A DNA stretch of 64,000 bases. Origin: Candidatus Woesearchaeota archaeon (GTDB lineage: Archaea; Nanobdellota; Nanobdellia; Woesearchaeales; JABMPP01). The position numbers and the translations under genes are program-made. Location: positions 195,045 to 259,044 of the forward strand of contig JAGVYD010000009.1 in the NCBI GenBank assembly GCA_018303405.1, read 5' to 3'. This document shows positions 43,448 through 52,006 of the stretch, one piece after another; position 1 is the first letter of the stretch, and every line of letters starts with the position of its first letter. A model generated the notes under the pieces. That model was not told where the DNA came from. It saw only the letters and a program-made list of their open reading frames with translations, and searched no databases.

Positions 43448-46447
43448 TTATGGACATGTTGCATCAATTGTGTTTGTTGATTGTATGATAATGCAGCCGG
43501 AGGCGTTTACAAAGATTGAATTGGTGCCGGACTCAAAGGCAATAGCTTCAACTGTGAGGTTGCCTGTAATCACAACTTCGTCATCAGTCCCGGCTGACAA
43601 TGTTATTTTGTCTATTAGGACAGTGCCTGCCTGTCCAATTGTTATATCATCATTAGCTGCGTCAAAGCTCAGAATATTCCTCATGCTGGAGCCATCACCT
43701 GAATATATGGCACCTGTTCCTGACGCGCCTGTCTGCCATACCATGACTGCATCAGTTTTCCCGTCGAGAGACTGATTGAAATAGCCAGGAGTCACATTCA
43801 AGGGGCCGGATGTGAGATTTGCAGTTACTCTTGCGCTGCCTTGCACATGAAGGGTGTCTTTCGGGCTGCTTGTGCCTATGCCGACTGTTCCTGAGTTGTT
43901 GATGACCATGGCGATGGTTCCGGTGCCAGGCCCTGATGTCGCGCCAACCTCGAAAACCAGGTCATCCCAGGATGCGAGCTTCAGGCTGTTCACGCTTCTT
44001 GTCATGCTGAAAAGGTGTGTTGAACTGGAATAGCCCTCAAACCCATCGCCTCCGCTGGCCACTTCTGACCTTATGTTGCCGCCTGAAATATGCAGCTTGG
44101 TAGATGGAGCAATACCTATTCCTACGTTGCCTGTCCCATCAACAAGCAGGCCAGAGCCTGAACCGCTGCCAGTCACATTAAGAGTGCCTTTCAGATGCAA
44201 AGTATAAGAGGGAGTGGTTGTATTGATGCCGACATTCCCATTTTTGTCCAGAGTCAAGCCATCTGACCAAGTTACAGTGCCCCCGGCCGCGACATCCTTT
44301 GCATATCTCATGCTGAACAAATCGCTGTATTTATATAATGCAAAGTTTGATGTTGATGAGCTTTTCCAGCTCCCTGCCCAGTAGGCATCGAAAACAAGGC
44401 CTGTATTGTTGTGGCTATAAGCCAAAAGCTGTGCCACCGGATGAGTATCTGCAGTTGTATGGAACTGTAGATGGGGACCTGCTACACTTCTGTCATCTCC
44501 ATAAATCCTTAATTTTGCCCCGCCCGAACCTGAATAATTTATTGGGCCAATGCTAACATTACCTGAGCCGTCTACAAATAATACTCCCGGGCCAGTTGCG
44601 TTGCCGGAGACATTCAGCGTTCCACGGACTTCCAATGCACTTGTCGGGTTAGTAGTGTTTATCCCAAATTCCCCGGATGTTTCAATAACAACCCGATTAG
44701 TGGCACCATCTCCAGTGGCAATATAAAATTCGTTACCGCCTGTTCCTGCAACGTCACTGTCCATTAAGCCATGTGACCACTCCGTCGCGCCACCACCTGT
44801 TGCATATCTCACCCTTGCACCCCGGTTTGTCGCAGCCCTGTCCAATGAGAAATCTGCATTGTCAGCAGAATCAACTGTAACACCTGCTGCTGTACCAGCC
44901 ACTGTGACATCACCGCCTGTCGGGGTTATGGTCAAATCACCATTGGTGTCAGAAAGGAATGTTGTGTAAGATGAGCCATCAGCAAAAGTTAGCCGCAACT
45001 GGTCCGTGGTTGATGACAAAATATCCAGTTTTGCATCTGGCCCTGAAGTGTCTATCCCAATCAGTCCTGTGCTTTGCACCATTACTGAGCTGTTGAGCGA
45101 GCCGGAGCTGTTCCATAATGCAATATATCCAGCCGCGCCTGAGCCGTTGACAGAGCCTGTTCCGGCACCCCCTGAATCAGAACCACATGTCCCAACTCCG
45201 CTGCTCCATTTGAGAACTTGGTCATCCGCACAGTTGGTGGCAAGGACAATATTTGTTGCATTTAATGTTCCGGAAACAACAAGTTTTGAGCCAGTTATGT
45301 TGGTGCCAATGCCAACATTTCCGGAAGAATCCAGAACCAAAACCTCACTGCCCTGCGCCGCCGAGCCTGGATAGAAATTTATGTCACCCGAAGCTTCTAT
45401 ATTCAGGGCATTTGCCTTTTGTGCAAGGCCGCTTCTTCCGACATTTATTTTTGCGAAGGCTGCATCAGCTGTGCCCATTATTAAGAATGTATTCTGGTTT
45501 GCAGCTGTGTTGTTTATTAGTACACCATTTGTGCTTGAAGATGTGATTATTGTCAATGGTGCAATGGGGGCGGACGTCCCGATGCCTACCTTGCCAGAAG
45601 AATCAACCATTAATCCCGTTGTCCCTCCGGGAGACGCGTTGAACGTTCCTTGTATTTGGAGTGTTTGCGTAGCGTTGGATGTGTTTATACCCACTTTTCC
45701 ATCGGAGTCGATTCTTAATCGTTCAGTCATTATACCTGCATTTTTTCTGGTCTGGAATGTAATGGCTGTATCAAGATTTGTGGCATCGGTAATAATTGCA
45801 CTTATCCTACCAACATTTGCCCATGTACCACTAGCGCGTTGCGCATTCATAATAATTGCAGTTCCAATTCCATCTTCGGCAGTTCCTGTTGTTCCATGCC
45901 AAACCGAAAGAACATCGGTAACAGCATTGTTTGTCGAATCATTGGCCCTGACATCCAACACATGCGCTGGCCCTGTTGTTCCAATTCCAATTAATCCCGC
46001 ACTCTGATAAATTGTTGAGCTATTAATCTCATTAGTGCCATTCCACAAGGCAAGATAACCAGCAGTGCCTGAGCCATTAACACTACCTGAACCACCACCT
46101 CCTGCCTGCGAATCAACATAAGCCTTAGTTGCTGCATCTGTATCTGCAGTTGGCGTGGCAAGGCCTATTATCTTGTTCCCCGCCATGCTCAATACACCTG
46201 ATAAATTCAATGTGCCGGAAATATTCGCATTGCCTGCGACTGTAAGCCTAAATGAGGGATAGGTTGACCCAATTCCAAAATAATTTGTGATAAACAAGCT
46301 ATCCGGGAATGTGTAATTGCCTGACTCAAATGTGCCAGAGGCTATGGCAGCAGCTCCGTGGCCAGGGTCTGCTGCGAAGCTTTGCTGCGAAAGCAAAGCT
46401 ACAATGAGCACCATTGCAATTGTCCACTGAAATTTGTTGCTCCTCAT
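43448..46447 (-). CDS. Secreted tail-fibre-like repeat protein
   Basis: Signal peptide MRSNKFQWTIAMVLIVALLSQQSFA. Has MAGNKIIGLATPTADTDAATKAYVDS and repeated modules of the type GSG.AGY.ALWN......NSS.....GLIGIGT..P...LDV and GNVGIGT..P...L.V.GT.N, as seen in phage/bacterial tail-fibre-like proteins. The start could also be 46480. Confidence 0.62.
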   Translation of the reverse strand: MRSNKFQWTIAMVLIVALLSQQSFAADPGHGAAAIASGTFESGNYTFPDSLFITNYFGIGSTYPSFRLTVAGNANISGTLNLSGVLSMAGNKIIGLATPTADTDAATKAYVDSQAGGGGSGSVNGSGTAGYLALWNGTNEINSSTIYQSAGLIGIGTTGPAHVLDVRANDSTNNAVTDVLSVWHGTTGTAEDGIGTAIIMNAQRASGTWANVGRISAIITDATNLDTAITFQTRKNAGIMTERLRIDSDGKVGINTSNATQTLQIQGTFNASPGGTTGLMVDSSGKVGIGTSAPIAPLTIITSSSTNGVLINNTAANQNTFLIMGTADAAFAKINVGRSGLAQKANALNIEASGDINFYPGSAAQGSEVLVLDSSGNVGIGTNITGSKLVVSGTLNATNIVLATNCADDQVLKWSSGVGTCGSDSGGAGTGSVNGSGAAGYIALWNSSGSLNSSVMVQSTGLIGIDTSGPDAKLDILSSTTDQLRLTFADGSSYTTFLSDTNGDLTITPTGGDVTVAGTAAGVTVDSADNADFSLDRAATNRGARVRYATGGGATEWSHGLMDSDVAGTGGNEFYIATGDGATNRVVIETSGEFGINTTNPTSALEVRGTLNVSGNATGPGVLFVDGSGNVSIGPINYSGSGGAKLRIYGDDRSVAGPHLQFHTTADTHPVAQLLAYSHNNTGLVFDAYWAGSWKSSSTSNFALYKYSDLFSMRYAKDVAAGGTVTWSDGLTLDKNGNVGINTTTPSYTLHLKGTLNVTGSGSGSGLLVDGTGNVGIGIAPSTKLHISGGNIRSEVASGGDGFEGYSSSTHLFSMTRSVNSLKLASWDDLVFEVGATSGPGTGTIAMVINNSGTVGIGTSSPKDTLHVQGSARVTANLTSGPLNVTPGYFNQSLDGKTDAVMVWQTGASGTGAIYSGDGSSMRNILSFDAANDDITIGQAGTVLIDKITLSAGTDDEVVITGNLTVEAIAFESGTNSIFVNASGCIIIQSTNTIDATCP

Positions 46448-46701
46448 TTTTTCCTTTTCTCCCTGGCCCTGTTGTAGCATGTCCAGATGGTCCTGTCATC
46501 CCTGTTCAGCATCACGGCAATCTCATGGTATGTCAGCCCCATGGAATCCTTCATGAACTCAGAAATTGCCTCGAGCACGCTGACCTGCCTGTCCTGGAAG
46601 ATATGGGTTGGCAGGAGGATTTCAGCCGATTGCTGCATAGCAGTTGCTTTAGAATCATTCTTTCCTTGCTCCCGTTCCCTCTTTCTATTCGCCACTATCA
46701 C
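46444..46701 (-). CDS. Small helix-turn-helix protein (LuxR/HTH_10-like), first gene of the surface-protein operon
   Basis: VSVLEAISEFMKDSMGLTYHEIAVMLNRDDRTIWTCYNRAREKRKK is a C-terminal HTH pattern. The tracked start is GTG, and the first ATG would be 46638 (64 aa). Its stop overlaps the ATG of the next gene. Confidence 0.55.
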   Translation of the reverse strand: MIVANRKREREQGKNDSKATAMQQSAEILLPTHIFQDRQVSVLEAISEFMKDSMGLTYHEIAVMLNRDDRTIWTCYNRAREKRKK

Positions 46702-46727
46702 AACTCTTATTGCCGGAATGTTATTTA

Positions 46728-47140
46728 CTTACATTGTAAGGACTATAGTTTTTTTATTTATCGACTATAATTTAGTACATTGTAAGTAAACCTCTATTTA
46801 TATTTTTTTATTTTGTCCTGAAAACAGTCCCCCAACGAAAAAATACTTACAATGTAGGTATACCTTATTTATATTTATCGGAGTAATATTATTGCCTGAA
46901 GAAATTGACTGACAGTGTAAGTATTTATATTTTTTTCTATTAATCATTATATAATACAATATATCTTTTCTAATACATACAATGTAAGTATTAATTTTCG
47001 GCAATTATTTTTTTTAAATTTCTTACATTGTAAGTATACTAAATTAAAACTTTTTTTGTACTGACAATGTAGGTAATCCATATAGAAAACTTTTTGCCAG
47101 GACTGGAAGGGCAATTGAATCTTTACTTACATTGTAAGTA
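46728..47140 (+). repeat. Array of eight same-orientation copies of a 15-bp motif CT(T/G)ACA(A/T)TGTA(A/G)GTA in an AT-rich intergenic region
   Basis: Copies start at about 46728, 46775, 46846, 46909, 46976, 47022, 47061 and 47126. The core TTACA(A/T)TGTAA is a near-palindrome. Centre-to-centre spacing is irregular (39-71 bp). Confidence 0.8.
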
Positions 47141-47184
47141 ACAAATATCATAACTAAGAAAATTAAACCAGAAATCGGATTTCA

Positions 47185-48138
47185 CTAGGGCAATGTCCTG
47201 TATCTTGTGTTAATCAGGCCCCAAGAAAGGAATATCATTGCCAATCCTATGAGAAGAAGGGGCAGCTGCAATTTCATGTTGATTTTTTGCTGGCCCGTTG
47301 TCACAATTGTATTGAACGCCTGCTTCAGCGACTCAGGGTCTGAAGCAATAAAAAAACTGCCGCCGGTTGTCTGGGCAATGTACTTGAGCGTGTCCTCATC
47401 TAATGTGGAGACTATGTCCTGCCTGATAAAAGTCCCGCCTGACTCTGTTGCCATTCCGATTGTATGGATGACTATGCCGTGGCTTTGGGCATAGTCAATG
47501 CCTTCTATCACTGGAGTGCCCACTGTATCCCTCCCATCTGTCAAAAGCACAATGCTTCGGCTCATGTCTTCACTGACAAGAATATTCCCGGAAGTTACCA
47601 ACGCACCGCCAATATCAGTCCCGCCAACGCTTTTTACAGTTATCTTGTCTATGACCGGCTTAAGGTCATCCAGATTGTCGGTAATCTGGCTGTCCACGAA
47701 TGCAATTCCTGAAAATGAAACCAGGCCAACCCTTGTGCTGGAAGGCAGGGCGTCAAGAAAAATGACAGCCGCGCCTTTGGCTGCCTCAAGCCTGTTTGGC
47801 TCAAAGTCATTCGCAAGCATGCTGCTGGAGGCATCTATTGCAAGCACAAAACTCTGCTCGCTGCTTTTTCCCAAAAAAGTGTAAACAGGGTCAGCAGCTG
47901 ACATAATCAGAGTGGTGATTATCAAAATCTGCACGAGCAAAAGCCAAATGTTTTTTGAAATGAGGGTGCTGTTTCGTATATTTTCCTGGTCACCGCTCAC
48001 CCTCTTTATCGCTTCAAAATTCGCAAAAACCCATGACCTGGCGCGCAAAAACCTCAGCGAAAAAAGGTGGATCAGGATCAACAGCGGAATGCTGAGAAGC
48101 AGCCAAAGGTATTTTGGGTTAAGGAAAATCAATTCCAT
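47185..48138 (-). CDS. VWA domain membrane protein (BatA-like)
   Basis: N-terminal TM helices, the MIDAS-containing VLAIDASSSM...NRLEAAK, and a C-terminal TM helix. Confidence 0.85.
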   Translation of the reverse strand: MELIFLNPKYLWLLLSIPLLILIHLFSLRFLRARSWVFANFEAIKRVSGDQENIRNSTLISKNIWLLLVQILIITTLIMSAADPVYTFLGKSSEQSFVLAIDASSSMLANDFEPNRLEAAKGAAVIFLDALPSSTRVGLVSFSGIAFVDSQITDNLDDLKPVIDKITVKSVGGTDIGGALVTSGNILVSEDMSRSIVLLTDGRDTVGTPVIEGIDYAQSHGIVIHTIGMATESGGTFIRQDIVSTLDEDTLKYIAQTTGGSFFIASDPESLKQAFNTIVTTGQQKINMKLQLPLLLIGLAMIFLSWGLINTRYRTLP

Positions 48139-48139
48139 T

Positions 48140-49054
48140 TCATTTCCCCCTGAACAAGACCTTTCTCAGCTTTTCAACAAAAGGCTCGTCAGTATGAAGA
48201 ACAATGAATGTGCTTTGCGTCATGTGGAACATGTATCTTATATGCTCGAGCTGCTCTTCGTTGTATTTTTTGTACTTCTCTGCAATCCTGTTGGGGTCCA
48301 TGAGAATCTGGTCTTTGCTGAAGGGGTCGGAAATGACTATCTGCCCTATATGGTGGCCTGGCGGAAAAGCATCGTCCAAGGGGTCCCTGACCATTATCCC
48401 TACAATCTCATAGCGCGCAGATGAAAAAGTCTTGAATATCTCCTCCCATCCTTTTTTCAGGCCAAGAAAATCGCTTATAATTATGACCAATGCAGGCCTT
48501 TTTTGGTAGTTCATAAGCTGGGAAATCGCCCGCCCAAAATCACAGGGCCCTTCATAATAGATGGGGTTGGTAAGCTCCCTGACAATTTTCATGAATTGCC
48601 TCTTGCCAGCTGCTGGCGGAATAATGTTGCTCAGCCTGTCAGTGAACATCATCAGCCCGATGTTGTCGCCTGAATCTGCAAGGGCGTAGCTTAAGGTGGC
48701 AACCAGCTCTGCAGCGTATTCATTCTTAAGCTTGTCATGGGAGGCATACGACATGCTTGAGCTTACGTCAAGGAAAAATAGTATGTCCTTGTTCTGCTCC
48801 TCAGAATAAATCCTGATGAGGGTTTTTTTCGCCCGAAAGCTGGCAATCCAGTCTATTCTTCCTGCATCCTCACCAGGGACAAAATCACGGAATTTTTCAA
48901 ATTCCACGCCTTTAGAGCCGAAGATGGCCCTTCTTGAGCCGACCTGCCTTTTTCCTGAACCGGTCTGCTTTTCCTGGGAGCCTGCTATATCCTTCTTTGC
49001 CATGATGAACGCCTTTCTCATCAATGGCTTCAGGTCCAGCCTAATTTCTTTCAT
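48140..49054 (-). CDS. DUF58 domain protein
   Basis: FRDFVPGEDAGRIDWIASFRAKKTLIRIYSEEQNKDILFFLDVSSSM is the DUF58 signature. It sits between MoxR and VWA as in Bat-type operons. Confidence 0.85.
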   Translation of the reverse strand: MKEIRLDLKPLMRKAFIMAKKDIAGSQEKQTGSGKRQVGSRRAIFGSKGVEFEKFRDFVPGEDAGRIDWIASFRAKKTLIRIYSEEQNKDILFFLDVSSSMSYASHDKLKNEYAAELVATLSYALADSGDNIGLMMFTDRLSNIIPPAAGKRQFMKIVRELTNPIYYEGPCDFGRAISQLMNYQKRPALVIIISDFLGLKKGWEEIFKTFSSARYEIVGIMVRDPLDDAFPPGHHIGQIVISDPFSKDQILMDPNRIAEKYKKYNEEQLEHIRYMFHMTQSTFIVLHTDEPFVEKLRKVLFRGK

Positions 49055-49134
49055 ATCAAAGCCCCTTTATTATCCTGATAAAAAACATGCATTCATAATG
49101 ACAAGCTTTTCCTTTCCTGAAGATTGCATGGCAA

Positions 49135-50121
49135 CTATGGGATTGGCACTTTTTCGAGCATTTCCTTTATTACCATCTCAGATGTGACGCCTTCTGTCTG
49201 GCCTTCATAGTTTATTGATATCCTGTGCCTGAGAGTATCCAAGGCTACCTTCTTTACATAGTAGGGGGTTACAAAATTCTTGCCAGCCATCAGGGCTTCT
49301 GCCTTGGCACCAATGAACAATCCAAGGGTTGCCCTGGGCGATGCGCCCCATTCAATGTATTTTCCCAGCTTCATATCATACTTGATTGAGTTTCTTGTGG
49401 CATCCACTATTGAGACAATGTACCTCTCAACTTTATCATGCAGGAAAATATTCTTTGCCGCCTCCTGGATGTCAAGAATCTTGTTTTGGTCCATGATGGG
49501 CTTGAGGCCAAAGGATTCAAACTTGTTGATGGTCATGTTCCGCCTCAAAATTTCCTGCTCTTCGCGGATATTGGGGTAGCCAACATTGACCTTGAACATG
49601 AACCTGTCAACCTGCGCTTCAGGCAACGGGAATGTTCCAAGATTCTCAATTGGGTTTTGGGTTGCCATGACAAAAAAAGGGGCCGGCAATTCGAATGTCT
49701 CCCTGCCAATTGTGACCTGCCTTTCCTGCATTCCCTCAAGCAAGGAGGACTGCACTTTTGGCGGGGCTCTGTTGATTTCGTCTGCCAGCACAAAATTGGA
49801 AAATATCGGGCCTTTCAGCACGTAAAAACCCCTGTCCTTTTCATAAGTATTAATCCCCACAATATCAGATGGAAGGAGGTCTGGCGTGAACTGGATTCTC
49901 TTGAAGTCGCATCCCATCACAGTTGCAAGCGCCCTGACAAGCAGTGTTTTTCCGATTCCAGGCACGCCCTCAACAAGAATGTGGCTGCTTGCAATAACCC
50001 CCCTGAGCATGGCATTCACAGTTTCGTCCTGGCCAACCATGACTTTTGCTATTTCCTGCCTTACTGCCTGCAGCATTTCGCCATATTCCTTTATTTTTTC
50101 TTCAGCGGTATCTTTAGCCAT
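49135..50121 (-). CDS. MoxR-like AAA+ ATPase
   Basis: GVPGIGKT Walker A, VLADEINRAPPKVQSSLLEGMQERQVTI, ATQNPIE.....LPEAQ.DRF. Confidence 0.9.
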   Translation of the reverse strand: MAKDTAEEKIKEYGEMLQAVRQEIAKVMVGQDETVNAMLRGVIASSHILVEGVPGIGKTLLVRALATVMGCDFKRIQFTPDLLPSDIVGINTYEKDRGFYVLKGPIFSNFVLADEINRAPPKVQSSLLEGMQERQVTIGRETFELPAPFFVMATQNPIENLGTFPLPEAQVDRFMFKVNVGYPNIREEQEILRRNMTINKFESFGLKPIMDQNKILDIQEAAKNIFLHDKVERYIVSIVDATRNSIKYDMKLGKYIEWGASPRATLGLFIGAKAEALMAGKNFVTPYYVKKVALDTLRHRISINYEGQTEGVTSEMVIKEMLEKVPIP

Positions 50122-50342
50122 AATGCAAGCATTCCATTACATATTATATATATTTGTTGCCTTACTCTGGAATGGTAACGATCAGGGGGCATATCCTGTA
50201 TAACCTGAGGCTTCTCCAGGCCCTGCTAATTCGGGCAATACTTATCCCAAGAATGCCCGCAAAACTGATGGCAAAACGTAAACTTTTCTACTAAGCCTCC
50301 TGCCCCAAAAAATATTTATACTGACTCGATAAAGAGACAGGT

Positions 50343-51191
50343 ATGGTTTTGGAGTCGCTGATTAACCCGTTTGCAGCGGAAAGCAGGCCGCAAAAGATGA
50401 TTCTCTACGGCGCGCTCTACAGCTCAATAGCAGTTTTTCTGAGCCTCTGGATTTTCGAAGGCCAGGCAAGCCTTGTCATGGTATTTTTGACGACAATGGC
50501 ATGCATACCTCTTATTTACAATACCATAAAAATGGAGGAACAGAAGGACGAAGAAATAGCAGAAGAGAAAAGCCTGCTGAAGGAGCATGCAAAGGCGCTT
50601 GAATTTTTCCTTTTTCTCTTTCTTGGCATGGTCATGGCAATGGCTTTCTGGTACATTGTCCTTGATGCTTCAATTGTTGAACAATTATTTTCAGTCCAGT
50701 CATCAACAATCAACAGAATAAACTCGCCAGTCACCGGCAATGCAGTCCAGAATGCGCTTTTTGTCCAAATTTTGCTCAACAACCTGCAAGTCATGATGTT
50801 TTCTCTGCTATTTGCTTTCTTATACGGGGTAGGGGCAATCTTTATCCTGACCTGGAATGCTTCAGTGATTGCAACCGCTGTTGGGAATTTTATAAGGACA
50901 GGCATTGCAGAGGCAGCAACAATGCTCGGCCTGGCCAAGAGTGCGGCATATTTCAAGGTTTTTTCGCTTGGCCTGCTGAAATACGCCATCCATGGAATCC
51001 CTGAGATATTTGCCTATTTTGCAGCTGGGCTGGCAGGCGGGATCATTTCAGTTGCCATGCTAAAGCATGGGCTTGACATGGACAAATTCAAGCGAATAAT
51101 CATTGACACGCTTGATATAATCCTGATTGCGCTTGGCACGGTTCTCCTCGCGGCATGGCTCGAAGTTTACATAACCCCCCTTGTTTTCTAG
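50343..51191 (+). CDS. SpoIIM-like (DUF95) integral membrane protein
   Basis: 282 aa, polytopic. NNLQVMMFSLLFAFLYGVGAIFILTWNASVIA and HGIPEIFAYFAAGLAGG match the stage II sporulation protein M family pattern. Confidence 0.68.
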   Translation: MVLESLINPFAAESRPQKMILYGALYSSIAVFLSLWIFEGQASLVMVFLTTMACIPLIYNTIKMEEQKDEEIAEEKSLLKEHAKALEFFLFLFLGMVMAMAFWYIVLDASIVEQLFSVQSSTINRINSPVTGNAVQNALFVQILLNNLQVMMFSLLFAFLYGVGAIFILTWNASVIATAVGNFIRTGIAEAATMLGLAKSAAYFKVFSLGLLKYAIHGIPEIFAYFAAGLAGGIISVAMLKHGLDMDKFKRIIIDTLDIILIALGTVLLAAWLEVYITPLVF

Positions 51192-51237
51192 AGAATTCAA
51201 TTGCTTTCAGGCAGTGAAAGCAGGAGACTGAGATGGC

Positions 51238-51960
51238 TTATTGCAGAACCTTGTATTTGCCAGTTCTCGCCTCAAAAATCTCTCCCTGCTCCATCAATGT
51301 CCTCAATACTTTATCGAAAAGCCCTGCATCAATCCCAGACTTCTCCTTAACATCATCTATGTCTGCCCCTTTGCCACTGTCCATTTTCTTTATGAGCTCA
51401 TATATTTTCTGGGCAGGGCTCACAGCATCCGGCTCTTCAGGTTGCCCAACAGCCCCATCAGTTTGCATTTCCCCGATATTTTTTGCTTCTTCTGCCACAG
51501 CCAAATTTTCACCTTTTTCTTTGCCTGGATGCGATTGCAGGCCTTCAGTGCCTGTTTCTTCCAAATCCTGCTTGAGAAGCTCCAGTTTTCTGACATCAAA
51601 CCAGCGCATGTCCTGCAGAACCCTTATCGTTTCAGGGAGAATATATATCTCATCATTATACTGCCTTACCTTGCCAATGACATTCACTATCTGGCCAATG
51701 CTTAGCCCCTCAGGCATAGCAGGCTCGCCAAAAAACCTAAGGTTGATCATCCCGGTGCCATCATCAATACCTGCAATGCCCCTTTCAGGAGCAACCGATA
51801 CAACTGTCCCCAAGAGATTCAGCCTGGAAACCCTTTTTTCATTTTCTGTCAGGACATAATTTGGCTCCCATCCTTCCATCTTGATGAATTTGCCCCTAAG
51901 AAGGTCAACAACCCTGATTTTATGCGACACCAGACGGTTTACCGGAGTTTCAGAAACCAT
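51238..51960 (-). CDS. OB-fold protein with a C-terminal winged helix (RPA32/Stn1-like architecture)
   Basis: OB segment VSRLNLLGTVVSVAPE..IAGIDDGTGMINLRFFGE....LSIGQIVNVIGKVRQYNDEIYILPETIRVL, an acidic linker, and a C-terminal wH KIYELIKKMDSGKGADIDDVKEKSGID..LFDKVLRTLMEQGEIFE. It lies directly downstream of mcm. Confidence 0.55.
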   Translation of the reverse strand: MVSETPVNRLVSHKIRVVDLLRGKFIKMEGWEPNYVLTENEKRVSRLNLLGTVVSVAPERGIAGIDDGTGMINLRFFGEPAMPEGLSIGQIVNVIGKVRQYNDEIYILPETIRVLQDMRWFDVRKLELLKQDLEETGTEGLQSHPGKEKGENLAVAEEAKNIGEMQTDGAVGQPEEPDAVSPAQKIYELIKKMDSGKGADIDDVKEKSGIDAGLFDKVLRTLMEQGEIFEARTGKYKVLQ

Positions 51961-52006
51961 TTTATTCTCCTTGCCTGCGCTCTTCTCCCCCTTCCAGACC
52001 TAAGCG

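Noticed and set aside
43448-46447. Prophage or viral remnant, suggested by the tail-fibre-like protein.
   Set aside because: No capsid, portal, terminase, baseplate, integrase or att-like repeats anywhere in the window. The gene has a Sec-type signal peptide and is embedded in a cellular operon.
36739-46480. Numerous 60-210-aa ORFs antisense or out of frame within the giant genes (for example 40389..40874, 45381..46007, 28100..28792, 43335..43775).
   Set aside because: These are shadow ORFs of long, compositionally biased genes. Their translations are low-complexity, and the opposite-strand products have clear domain signatures.
46798-47004. 68-aa minus-strand ORF inside the motif array.
   Set aside because: Its I/K/N/Y-rich translation is typical of random A/T-rich DNA, and it is interrupted by the repeat copies.
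46728-47140. Possible degenerate CRISPR array (regularly recurring repeat in AT-rich DNA).
   Set aside because: The repeats are only 15 bp and imperfect. The spacers are 24-56 bp of low-complexity A/T with irregular length. No cas genes or leader-like structure are present. A regulatory site array fits better.
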